A stretch of 37,805 nucleotides of DNA from Candidatus Krumholzibacteriia bacterium (GTDB lineage: Bacteria; Krumholzibacteriota; Krumholzibacteriia; WVZY01). The notes under the pieces were generated by a model. It searched no databases and had not been told where the DNA came from. It saw only the letters and a program-made list of their open reading frames with translations. The stretch spans positions 1 through 37,805 of the forward strand of contig JAZGDW010000040.1 in NCBI GenBank assembly GCA_036478295.1, read 5' to 3'. Shown here in pieces: positions 18,025 to 27,199 of the stretch. How positions within the stretch are numbered: the stretch's first letter is position 1; every line of letters starts with the position of its first letter. A program made the translations under genes and the position numbers.

Positions 18025-20649
18025 ATGATTGGCAAGACCCTCGCACACTATGACGTGACGGAGCTCATCGGCGCCGGTGGCATGGGCGAAGTTTACCGTG
18101 CCCGCGACACCAAGCTCGATCGCGACGTCGCGCTCAAGATCCTCCCCGAGTCCTTCGCGGCCGACGCAGAGCGCCTCTCGCGCTTCGAGCGCGAGGCCAA
18201 GCTCCTCGCGGGCCTCAACCACTCAAACATTGCCGCCATCTACGGCATCGAGCAAGCCGACTCCCAGCGTTTCCTGGTCCTCGAACTCGTCGAGGGCGTG
18301 GACCTTGCCAAGCGCCTCTCCGAAGGGCCGCTCATCGTCGAGGACGCGCTCGCTGTCGGCTATCAGATTTCCGAAGCCCTCGAGGCTGCCCACGAGCAGG
18401 GCGTCGTCCACCGTGACTTGAAACCGGCCAACGTCATCGTCACTCCCGGCGGCACCGTGAAGGTGCTCGACTTCGGGCTGGCTAAGGCGCTCGAAGCGGA
18501 AGGAAGTGCGAACACGCTGTCACATTCGCCCACGGTCCTGGCCAGCAGCCCCACGGTTCAGGGAGTTATTCTGGGCACGGCGGCCTACATGAGCCCCGAG
18601 CAGGCGCGTGGCAAGGTGGTCGACCGCCGCGCCGACATCTGGGCGTTCGGCGCGGTGCTTTTCGAGCTGCTCACCGCGCGACAGCTCTTCAGCGGCGAGA
18701 CCGTCTCCGACATGCTGGCCAGCGTCATAAAGACCGAGCCCGAGTGGGATTCGCTGCCTAAAGACACACCGCAAGCGATCGTCAATCTTCTCAAGCGCTG
18801 TCTCGACAAGGACGCGCGTACGCGCCTTCGCGACATCGGTGAGGCACGCGTCGTTATAGACAAAGTGCTCCGGGGCGAGATCAAAGACGAAGCGGCCCCA
18901 GGAGCCGAAGCCGCCCCGTCCGCCACGGCCAGCCGCATCGGCTGGATCGCGGCCATGGTGTTGTTCGCCGCGGTCGCGGCTGCGGGGGCATGGATGTTCA
19001 AACCCGGCGCACCCGAGCCACCGCTACGCAAGTTCAAGCTGCCCGTGGAGAGTAAAGAGGGACTGAGACCGTTCGATCCGGTGATCTCTCCGGACGGCAG
19101 CAAGGTCGCCTATATCCTCGAAGGCCAACTGTTCGTGCACGAACTCAACGAACTCGACCCGCGGGGAATTGCGGCGGAAAGAGGCGCGCACACGCCGTGC
19201 TGGTCACCCGATGGTGAGTTCATTTGCTACGTCTCTGGTGATGACATTTGGAAAGTGCCATCCGGCGGCGGCGCCAGTGTGAAAATCTGCGAACCGGTGG
19301 CTGGCTTCACAAGTGGGCGCGGCGTTGCCTGGTCGCACGACGATCGAATCATTTACGCGCAGGGCAACGGGCCGGGCTTCGAGGTGTCCGCCAATGGCGG
19401 TGATCCGCGAATCCTGGTGGGGCTTCTGGAAGATGAAGCTGATATCCATGAGCCGTCGCTGTTGCCGGGCGACAAGGGGCTATTGTTCGTTTCGCATCGA
19501 AAAAATGACTCGCCCGACAAAATCGAGGTGGTTGCCGGCGACGAGCGCAAGCGGCTGCTTCACATTGAGGGCGTTCGTTTGGGGCACCCGATCTACTCGC
19601 GAAGCGGCCACCTGGTATTCACCCGATCGGGAACCAACGCGGGTGTTTGGGCGGTTCCGTTTTCGTTGTCGAGCCTCGAGGTCACCGGTGAGCCGTTTCC
19701 CGTGGCGGCGGAGGCCGGCGATGTCAGTGTGTCCAGCGACGGAACGCTGGTGTATCTCCGGGGCGCGAGTGGGCAACAGCTTCAACTCCTGTGGGTAGGC
19801 CGAGACGGTGTGTTGAGCGATCCCATTACCGAGGTGGCTCCGGCTTATTTCGATCCCACACTTTCACCGGATGGCAAACGTATGGCGGTGTGTGAATGGG
19901 ACGGCACACAGATCGACATATGGATACACGACCTGGAACGTAAGACGCGCACCCGTTTCACTTTTAGCGAGGCAAACCAGTTGGGGCCGGAGTGGACTGC
20001 CGACGGCTTGCACCTGATGTACTCCAACAGCCGAACCGACACGATCACGGTGCGAAAAGCCGACGGTACCGGATCGCCGACCGAACTCACGAAAGGGCGA
20101 GATCCGTCGCTCTCGCCCGACGGGAAGTACATTGTGTACCACATGCTGGGTAGTGCCACCCAGGAGGACGTGTGGTATCTCGAACTCGGCGGGCAATCGG
20201 AAGCGAAGCCGTTGATAAACACACAGGCACGGGAGTACCGCGCGCGCATCTCGCGTGACGGCAACTACGTGGCGTACGCTTCCAACGAGTCCGGCAGGTA
20301 CGAGATCTACATCACTCGTTTTCCGACCGGCGAAGGGAAGTGGCAGGTGTCGACAAAGGGGGGCGACCGCCCGCGCTGGGGGCGTGACGGGAAGGCGATT
20401 TACTACCAGGAGGAACACGGCAACCTGATGGAAGTGTCTGTGACGCTGGATCCGTCGCCGGCGTTGGGGACGCCAACCAAAGTCGTCGATTGTGTGCAAC
20501 TGGGGCTGGTTGCCGGCTTCGGACGCGAATATGAAGTCGACATCGACGGTTCTCGATTCCTGTGGACGAAATCGGCGGCGCCGACGAAGGGGTTGATCGA
20601 CGTGGGCATCACAGTGGTGGAGAACTGGGCAAAGGAGTTCCTGGAGTAA
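18025..20649 (+). CDS. Membrane Ser/Thr protein kinase with PD40/TolB-like beta-propellers
   Basis: GAGGMGEV, HRDLKPAN, GTAAYMSPEQARG; TM helix; repeated SPDG motifs; C-terminal ITVVENW. Confidence 0.95.
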   Translation: MIGKTLAHYDVTELIGAGGMGEVYRARDTKLDRDVALKILPESFAADAERLSRFEREAKLLAGLNHSNIAAIYGIEQADSQRFLVLELVEGVDLAKRLSEGPLIVEDALAVGYQISEALEAAHEQGVVHRDLKPANVIVTPGGTVKVLDFGLAKALEAEGSANTLSHSPTVLASSPTVQGVILGTAAYMSPEQARGKVVDRRADIWAFGAVLFELLTARQLFSGETVSDMLASVIKTEPEWDSLPKDTPQAIVNLLKRCLDKDARTRLRDIGEARVVIDKVLRGEIKDEAAPGAEAAPSATASRIGWIAAMVLFAAVAAAGAWMFKPGAPEPPLRKFKLPVESKEGLRPFDPVISPDGSKVAYILEGQLFVHELNELDPRGIAAERGAHTPCWSPDGEFICYVSGDDIWKVPSGGGASVKICEPVAGFTSGRGVAWSHDDRIIYAQGNGPGFEVSANGGDPRILVGLLEDEADIHEPSLLPGDKGLLFVSHRKNDSPDKIEVVAGDERKRLLHIEGVRLGHPIYSRSGHLVFTRSGTNAGVWAVPFSLSSLEVTGEPFPVAAEAGDVSVSSDGTLVYLRGASGQQLQLLWVGRDGVLSDPITEVAPAYFDPTLSPDGKRMAVCEWDGTQIDIWIHDLERKTRTRFTFSEANQLGPEWTADGLHLMYSNSRTDTITVRKADGTGSPTELTKGRDPSLSPDGKYIVYHMLGSATQEDVWYLELGGQSEAKPLINTQAREYRARISRDGNYVAYASNESGRYEIYITRFPTGEGKWQVSTKGGDRPRWGRDGKAIYYQEEHGNLMEVSVTLDPSPALGTPTKVVDCVQLGLVAGFGREYEVDIDGSRFLWTKSAAPTKGLIDVGITVVENWAKEFLE

Positions 20650-20653
20650 GTGC

Positions 20654-20682
20654 AAAAAAAGGGCCGCGCACGGGCGCGGCCC
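20654..20682 (-). terminator. Intrinsic terminator between convergent genes
   Basis: GGGCCGCGC-ACGG-GCGCGGCCC perfect 9-bp stem with A7 on its left (U-tract on the minus strand). Confidence 0.8.
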
Positions 20683-20707
20683 CTGAAACAAACGCGTTTG
20701 GTTCGTT

Positions 20708-21283
20708 CTAGTTGAACGAGAACATCATGCCGAGATTGAGCGTGACGAACTCGCCATCCGCGGACGCACCGGAAACACGGTGGTAGATCCCCTCGGTGTA
20801 GATCGAGGAGTTCTTGAAGCCGTTGAACTGGAACCCGCCGCCAATGCCCATTCCGAAGTTCGTGCTCGAAATATCAAAGGTACCTAGGGGCGACGTCAGG
20901 TCGGTAGCCAGGCGATAACCGCCGGCGAGAGCTTTCGCATACATGTGGTGAACGGCCATGGGAAACTTGTATTTCGCCATCGCCGTAAACTGCACCGACG
21001 ACAAGCTAAACTCCGAACCCGTTCCCAGCAGTGCGAGAGTCTGGTCCGAGGCACTGCTGCCAAAGAAACCGAACTCGGCACCGATGATGAACATCGGTGC
21101 GACGTTGTAGCCAACGCTCGCGTTGAAACTGTAACCGTTGTTCATGCCGTCGCCGATGTCTCCCAGCGGGAGGTTGAGCCCGCCACCAACACCGAACTCG
21201 AACGACGGAACAAATGGTACCTGGGCCCACGCCGCCGGGGCGAGGACCATAACGAAAAATGTAGCCAACAGAATGCGCTTCAT
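20708..21283 (-). CDS. Small outer-membrane beta-barrel protein (OmpA-membrane/OMP_b-brl type)
   Basis: AAAGGAGG RBS; signal peptide ending AWA; beta-strand pattern; terminal MMFSFN. Confidence 0.85.
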   Translation of the reverse strand: MKRILLATFFVMVLAPAAWAQVPFVPSFEFGVGGGLNLPLGDIGDGMNNGYSFNASVGYNVAPMFIIGAEFGFFGSSASDQTLALLGTGSEFSLSSVQFTAMAKYKFPMAVHHMYAKALAGGYRLATDLTSPLGTFDISSTNFGMGIGGGFQFNGFKNSSIYTEGIYHRVSGASADGEFVTLNLGMMFSFN

Positions 21284-21461
21284 GTTTTCCCCTCCTTTTA
21301 AGAGTTTCCTCGGATGTGCAAGGCCCGTGCCATATGCGGGGGGCAGGCGGGCGGAGGGGTGCGACCTTGCCCATTACGCTGCCAAGTTCCTCATGAGGCC
21401 GCAAAAGGCCAGGTGAATAGAACGGCGGCGCCTCTTTTTTGATGCTCTATATAGTGCGTTT

Positions 21462-22544
21462 TCAGAAATAACGGAGAGTCAGGGGCACCGTCAGTCCGTG
21501 TTCGAGCTGAAAACGAGGACGAAGTTGCTCTTCTACCCAAACGATGGCGTCGCCGTCTTGCTGGGATTCGATGAGGACGACGGACAGGTCTTCGCGCTCA
21601 TGGGCAACTCGGCGGGCGGCCTCAGGGCCGAGTACGAACAGGGCGGTCGCCCAGGCATCGGCCACAGTTGCCCGGGCGGCGACGACAGTCACCGATGCGA
21701 GGCCGTGTGCCGACCAGCCTGTGCGCGGGTCCAGGATATGACCATAACGCTCGCCATCGGAATCGACGAACTGCTCGTAGTCCGCCGAAGTTGCCACGGC
21801 CTCATCGAAAAGGTGAATACGAGCCAGGTGGGAACGCGTGCCGGAGGGGTCGCGGATACCCACGGTCCAGCCTTCGTGTGTGGCGGCATTGCCGAGAGCC
21901 ACCATGTTGCCGGAGAGATCCAGCAGCGCGTCTGTTACAGCCGCACGCCGCAGGAGGTCGGCGGCCTTGTCGACGCCGTACCCCTTGGCGATCCCTCCCA
22001 GGTCTATCCTGACGTCGTCGCGCGTGAAGTGCAGGGTGCCGGCATCGGCATCGTAGCGCAGCTTGTCCTGGCCGACGCGTTGGAGGACAGCGGCGATCTC
22101 GCCTTGCCGAGGCACCCGTGGGGGACCACCGAGAAATCCCCACAGTCGCACAAGCGGTTCGACGGTGATGTCGAAAGCTCCGTTGCTTTCACGGGCGACC
22201 TGCTGTGCCAGGCCGATTACCTCGGCGACTTCGGGGTGAATGTGGATCGGACCCCGCGCGGCCTCGCGGTTGATGCGTGCGACCTCGCTCGCATCGGTCC
22301 AGTTGCTCATCAGGGAATCGACCTCGTGGAATACCGATAGAGTTGCATAGGCCAGATCCGCCACCGCGGCGGAATCGGCGGTCACGATAGTCAGCGAAGC
22401 CCAAGTTCCCATCGTCTGGGTGCGGAATGCAACCGGCCGGCGTTCGTCTTCCGGGCGTGCGTATGTGCACGCCGCTATCAAGCAAAGTGACAGGCAGGTG
22501 CCAAGCAGAATAGATGGCCACACGCGGGGCAGTCCATTTTTCAT
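21462..22544 (-). CDS. apbE: FAD:protein FMN transferase
   Basis: TMGT, GAFDITV, DLGGIAKGY, ATSADY, HILDPRTG, ADAWAT; lipobox-like LIAAC. Confidence 0.95.
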   Translation of the reverse strand: MKNGLPRVWPSILLGTCLSLCLIAACTYARPEDERRPVAFRTQTMGTWASLTIVTADSAAVADLAYATLSVFHEVDSLMSNWTDASEVARINREAARGPIHIHPEVAEVIGLAQQVARESNGAFDITVEPLVRLWGFLGGPPRVPRQGEIAAVLQRVGQDKLRYDADAGTLHFTRDDVRIDLGGIAKGYGVDKAADLLRRAAVTDALLDLSGNMVALGNAATHEGWTVGIRDPSGTRSHLARIHLFDEAVATSADYEQFVDSDGERYGHILDPRTGWSAHGLASVTVVAARATVADAWATALFVLGPEAARRVAHEREDLSVVLIESQQDGDAIVWVEEQLRPRFQLEHGLTVPLTLRYF

Positions 22545-22551
22545 GGCCTGC

Positions 22552-22580
22552 AATCTAGCAACATTCCGTGGGAGTGTCAA
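22552..22580 (-). promoter_or_regulatory. sigma70 promoter of apbE (probably leaderless)
   Basis: TTGACA-17 bp-TAGATT with extended TG; ATG begins 7 nt after the -10. Confidence 0.65.
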
Positions 22581-22598
22581 CGGCGAGAGGTCAGCGGA

Positions 22599-23819
22599 TT
22601 ACGCGGCGGGTGTGTAGTCACTCTCATGCATGAACTCCGGGACGACAGCGGTCTCTTTCGGATGATATGCGCATGTTAGAAAAAGCACCGTACCGGTTAT
22701 CATAACGATCGCACCCCCTGCGAAGGCATAACGTAGCTGGAACAAATCCATCATGATGCCACCCAGAAGGGCACCGGTAAGCATTCCGAGACTGTGGGCG
22801 ACTGTCATCAGGCCCATGACGCTCCCCATGGCGTCACTCTTGTTTCCCTTCCGGGTCGCCATGGCCGAGAGGGCCGGCATACATATGCCGCCGCCTATAC
22901 CAAAGGATATCGAGGCGAGTACCATGTCACGATAACTCGTGGCCCACTCGAACGAAAAAATCGCATACGCAACGATGAGCCCGCCGATGACGACCATCAT
23001 CTTTTTGTTGATCCGGTCAGCAAGAACCCCCATTGGAGCATTCATCATTCCGCTGGCCAGGATGCCGACGGTAATCAAGAGCCCGATGGACGAGCTGGAT
23101 AGCGGGAGTTTCAGAGCGGCGTACAACGGCAAAAATCCCCATATAATCCCGATACAGACGAGGTACGCAAATCTGAAAATCAAAAGACCCGCCAGGGCGC
23201 GATCGTTCACAAGCCGTCGCCACGAAACGAGTTCCTTGTGGGTCCTGACGATGCTTTCGGACCGTGTTGGCGGGAGCATCAAGAGACACATGGCAAAACC
23301 CAGAAAGGCCAGCATCCCCATACACACGAATGCCGCCCGCAGCCCAAAGTTGTCGTTTACCAATCCTCCGATCAGCGGTCCGAGGCTCAATCCGAAGAGT
23401 ACGAACGTGGAATACAAACCCATGATACGGCCTTCGCGACCGAGAGGTGCTATATCTCCGACGTAGGCCAGAATTACCGGCATGAGCATCGCCGAGGCAA
23501 CACCGTGAAAAAAGCGGATGATGATAAGCGAAGTGACATCCGTTGAATAAACAAAGCCAACCGAGATCAGCGCATAGCCCAGAAGACCCGAAATGATAAT
23601 CGGCCGACGGCCCTTTCTATCCGAGAGCCTTCCAAAGAACGGCAGAAAAAACGTTCGCGACAGTGAAAAGGCGCCAAATATCACAGCAATATAAAATCCA
23701 CTCGCGCCCAGGCCATGAGCGTAGATCGGGAGCAGCGGCACCACGATCCCTACTCCGGTTACGGTCGCAAATACGGAGAAAACGAGAGTCGCGAATGTTC
23801 GTTTGTCGAGCTTGTCCAT
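22599..23819 (-). CDS. MFS transporter (TetA/DHA1-like)
   Basis: Motif A GRLSDRKGRR, motif C-like LGPLIGG, repeat GVLADRINKK; about 12 TM segments. Confidence 0.92.
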   Translation of the reverse strand: MDKLDKRTFATLVFSVFATVTGVGIVVPLLPIYAHGLGASGFYIAVIFGAFSLSRTFFLPFFGRLSDRKGRRPIIISGLLGYALISVGFVYSTDVTSLIIIRFFHGVASAMLMPVILAYVGDIAPLGREGRIMGLYSTFVLFGLSLGPLIGGLVNDNFGLRAAFVCMGMLAFLGFAMCLLMLPPTRSESIVRTHKELVSWRRLVNDRALAGLLIFRFAYLVCIGIIWGFLPLYAALKLPLSSSSIGLLITVGILASGMMNAPMGVLADRINKKMMVVIGGLIVAYAIFSFEWATSYRDMVLASISFGIGGGICMPALSAMATRKGNKSDAMGSVMGLMTVAHSLGMLTGALLGGIMMDLFQLRYAFAGGAIVMITGTVLFLTCAYHPKETAVVPEFMHESDYTPAA

Positions 23820-23885
23820 TCACAGCCTGTGGGCGGAAGGATTCTGCTAGTGTCGTTTTGATAGCGTAGTGAACAAGAAGGCTGC

Positions 23886-26711
23886 CTAATCATTCCAGTT
23901 CATGATGGCGTTGTAGACCAGCCCGAACGACGCGTGCGTGAGGTAGCGGTGCATCGGGTTGAAGCTGAAGATTATGACACGCCCTTCACCCTGCTTGATC
24001 TCCAGGATCGCCGGTTTGCCCTTCAGGTGCTTTTCGCCCTTCACAAAACCGCTAATGCAAATGGGTTCGGGCTTTTTGGATTTTTCGGTGTCCTTTTTCT
24101 CATCCTCGTCTTCTGAGTCGTCTTTGTCGGGCTCGATGCCGTAATGGAGCACCTTCCAGGAGCGGTACTTCTTCGGCACGTCGAATAGCGGGAGGTTGCC
24201 CCGGAAAATATTCGGCGTCTCGTCGTAGCCGTACAGGATGTTGCTCGTCTTGTCGGTAACCAGGGTACGCACGACCGAGCCGGGGTTGTTGAACCCCGAC
24301 GGTTTCTTGCGGTCCACGCCACGCACAAGACCGAGCTCGACCGGAATCAGACTGCCCGCACCAAGCGTGATCAGCGTACCGCCTTGTTCTATGAACGATT
24401 CGAGATGCCCGAGGCCCTTGAAACCCATGCCGCCGGTCAGGTCGTCCGTTTCGTCCACCAGCCCGTGGTACTTGAACTCCGAACTCGCCGTATACGGCAT
24501 GGGCCCCCACTTGCTGTCGATGCCGTGAACGAGCTGTTTGGGCTGAAACCACCGGCCCAGGTCGGGGATGAGGATCACGTCGAAATGCCGGCGCAGGTCG
24601 CCGTCGCGAAGGTGGTCCTTGTTGATGAGCGTATACGGCACGTTCGCCTGGTCGAGCGTAAAGCGCACCCACCCGGAATCCTGGGTATAGGTCCAGGTGT
24701 GAAACACGGCGAGTCGCGGAAAGTCGAGGTTGTGCTTGGGAACATCGGGCACCGACCGGCTCGAGTACACGTCGATACCGAGCTTCGCCGCAATGCCCTC
24801 GACAGCATCTCGCAGACCTGGCGTCTCGACCGCGGGAATGACCCAACTGCCCACCGGGTACGTCCGTTTGCCCACCTTGAACGCCTCTTCGGCCGCGAAG
24901 ACGGCGATGTCTCCCAGCATGAGGCGCGCCTCGATCAACTTCTGGGTCGACGACGCCGAGATAAGGTAGGCGCGGCGCCTGGCCTTCGGTTTCTCGCCGG
25001 CTATCCGTACGTCCGATTCGACGGGTGACATCGGCGCTTGCAACACGGCCTCGTCGTCGATCTTATCGGCCTTTACGCCGTAGAGCAGCGGCAGCGTCCA
25101 CGCCACGTCGTCGTAGGGCTGAAACTCCGCGTCCTCGGGGAAATCCTGCTTCTCGAGCAGCGTCTTCGCGAGGTCGCGGTACGGCTGGTCCATGCGCACC
25201 ACGAAATCACCCTTGGCATATTTGTCGTCACCGACGGTGAACGTCTTATCCAGGCGGTGTACCTCTATCCCCTGCGCCCTGAGGTTATTGACGAGGTAGC
25301 CGAGTTCCCAGTTGTTCTGGCCGTCCCCAGGGATGATCCACGCACGCGGTTTTTTCGACCGGCCGCGTTCGACGGCGTTGGCGCCCTTTTTCCAGAAGTT
25401 GTAGAGGAGCGATTTGCCGTTCTTCGCCACGAAGTCGAGGCTTACCAGGACGCCGGACTGCATGTAGTTCGTGTTGTTGCGAAGCGACCATTTCACCTTC
25501 TTGTGCGGCGGCCACGGGCGGTACCACTGTTTGCTCGTGACTTCCTTGCCGGCGAACTTGCGCTTGGGCTCGCGATCGATGGTCGAGGCACCCGCGTTGC
25601 CGTAGGTCTCGTAGAAACGGCCGATGCTGTTGTGGTTGTTTCCCCACCAGAGGAGATACCCGGGGTACCAACCCGTGTAAAAGCCCCAGGTCCATACGCC
25701 GGGCATGCCGAACTTGGTAAGCTCGGCCACTTCATGGTTCGAGATCCACTGCCATTCGCTGGTCACGATGGGGTCGAGGTTGGGACCGTAGGGACCGGTG
25801 CCGGCGGACACATAGAGAAACGGAACCGACTCGTGCAGATCGAGCATGACCTGCGGGTGGTACTCGAAGAACAGCCTGGCGACGTTCCGTGTCAGCGGCT
25901 GGCTCAGCTGGATGCCGTCACGATTGTTGTCGTGAAAGACGTACTTGCCCCAGTAAGGGGGCGTACGCGGTGGCATGTCTTCCCAGTCCGTGTGGTCCTT
26001 GGTATAGCGGTTGTACCAGTCGACCATGCGCTCGCGACCGTCGGTTTCGAGGACGGGCGTAATCATGGTGATGACGCGCTCGCGGATGTTTTCGATGAAA
26101 TGGCTCCGTCCCACGGCGAGGCGGTAGGCGAGCTCCATGAGCATCTCGGGCGGACCGGTTTCGGTGGAGTGCAGTCCCCCCGTGATGTAGTAGATCGGTC
26201 TCGCCTGCTCGATGATTTCTTCCGCGCGGGACTCGCTCGTCACCCGCGGACGGGAGAGTTGTTTCGTGTAACCAGTGTAGCGTCCCATGTCATCGAGCAC
26301 CGCCTTGTCGGCGATGAGCATGACAATCATTTCTTTGCCTTCGTTGCTGCGACCGATCGTGTAGAGGCGCGCGTTGTGGGAGGCAGCGGCGAGCGCTTCG
26401 AAGTACGCCTTGATTTTGGTGTAATGCGTCAGCTGCCTGGGCGTGCCGGGGATGTAGCCGAGAAACTCACGGGGCGACGGCACGTTGGGGTCGGAGGGAA
26501 CGTGGTCGACCAGCGGTGAAAGAAACTGTGGGTCGGTCGTATACTCCCGGATCAGGCCGGCGTACACGCTATCGACTGCGGGCTCCCGGTAGTCCGACGC
26601 ACGGGCCGGTTGCACAAAACACGCCGCCAGAACGAGCCAGGCCGCGAATGTCCCACAAACGGTACGGGCAGGTGAGCGGCGCCCTGAGATCACGGTTCTC
26701 AACACGGTCAT
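23886..26711 (-). CDS. Secreted M14-family zinc carboxypeptidase-like protein
   Basis: Signal peptide ending ARA; GLHSTE (HxxE), DNNRD, LDLHES; long C-terminal extension. Confidence 0.9.
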   Translation of the reverse strand: MTVLRTVISGRRSPARTVCGTFAAWLVLAACFVQPARASDYREPAVDSVYAGLIREYTTDPQFLSPLVDHVPSDPNVPSPREFLGYIPGTPRQLTHYTKIKAYFEALAAASHNARLYTIGRSNEGKEMIVMLIADKAVLDDMGRYTGYTKQLSRPRVTSESRAEEIIEQARPIYYITGGLHSTETGPPEMLMELAYRLAVGRSHFIENIRERVITMITPVLETDGRERMVDWYNRYTKDHTDWEDMPPRTPPYWGKYVFHDNNRDGIQLSQPLTRNVARLFFEYHPQVMLDLHESVPFLYVSAGTGPYGPNLDPIVTSEWQWISNHEVAELTKFGMPGVWTWGFYTGWYPGYLLWWGNNHNSIGRFYETYGNAGASTIDREPKRKFAGKEVTSKQWYRPWPPHKKVKWSLRNNTNYMQSGVLVSLDFVAKNGKSLLYNFWKKGANAVERGRSKKPRAWIIPGDGQNNWELGYLVNNLRAQGIEVHRLDKTFTVGDDKYAKGDFVVRMDQPYRDLAKTLLEKQDFPEDAEFQPYDDVAWTLPLLYGVKADKIDDEAVLQAPMSPVESDVRIAGEKPKARRRAYLISASSTQKLIEARLMLGDIAVFAAEEAFKVGKRTYPVGSWVIPAVETPGLRDAVEGIAAKLGIDVYSSRSVPDVPKHNLDFPRLAVFHTWTYTQDSGWVRFTLDQANVPYTLINKDHLRDGDLRRHFDVILIPDLGRWFQPKQLVHGIDSKWGPMPYTASSEFKYHGLVDETDDLTGGMGFKGLGHLESFIEQGGTLITLGAGSLIPVELGLVRGVDRKKPSGFNNPGSVVRTLVTDKTSNILYGYDETPNIFRGNLPLFDVPKKYRSWKVLHYGIEPDKDDSEDEDEKKDTEKSKKPEPICISGFVKGEKHLKGKPAILEIKQGEGRVIIFSFNPMHRYLTHASFGLVYNAIMNWND

Positions 26712-26721
26712 CGCGGTTTTC

Positions 26722-26937
26722 CTTTCCAGGACGGGGAGGTAAAGCGATCAAATTAAATTTTTCACAAGTAGTTTTTGGTGGCGCGCCTGGGTACCTGCGA
26801 CTATATTTTTATCGACAGCCAAAAGGAAGCCGGTATCGTTTTTTTACCTCCCTTCCTGGAAAGAGTAGTTGGTTTTACTCTCCTCCATTTCGTGCTCATG
26901 TGCCGAGTTACCTCCCTGGTAAAAAACGATACCGGCT
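26722..26937 (-). promoter_or_regulatory. Leader with three mutually complementary segments (attenuator-like)
   Basis: 26918-26937 is complementary to 26828-26848; 26835-26863 is complementary to 26722-26748, which overlaps the peptidase RBS. Confidence 0.5.
26801..26899 (-). CDS. Putative 32-aa leader peptide MSTKWRRVKPTTLSRKGGKKTIPASFWLSIKI
   Basis: AGGGAGGT Shine-Dalgarno 10 nt upstream of ATG; below the length cut-off of the ORF track. Confidence 0.35.
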   Translation of the reverse strand: MSTKWRRVKPTTLSRKGGKKTIPASFWLSIKI

Positions 26938-27039
26938 GTATTTACGCCCGTCCCGCGGGTTTTTTTTGTGCCGGGTCCTCACCGTCGAATCCCACGCAGG
27001 TCGCTCTTTGAAGTATGCCGCGGGCGAAGCTGACGCCGC

Positions 27040-27086
27040 TCCACGCCGGAAGCCGGCACCGCTGCCAAGTCCACGCCGGAAGCCGG
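27040..27086. repeat. 17-bp direct repeat TCCACGCCGGAAGCCGG x2 (period 30)
   Basis: Identical copies at 27040-27056 and 27070-27086. Confidence 0.8.
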
Positions 27087-27199
27087 TGCGAAACCGACAT
27101 CATATCAGTATCGTTGCGGCCAGTAAAGTGCCGAGGAATACCGTCAGTGGAGCCGCGACAAGTCGCCGGGTCCACCGGAGCGGCGTGCCGGGGGCCTGC

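Noticed and set aside
25038..26519. 493-aa plus-strand ORF
   Set aside because: Antisense shadow of the M14 peptidase in GC-rich DNA; no recognisable motifs
27040..27086. Mini CRISPR array
   Set aside because: Only two 17-bp repeats with a 13-bp spacer; no cas genes
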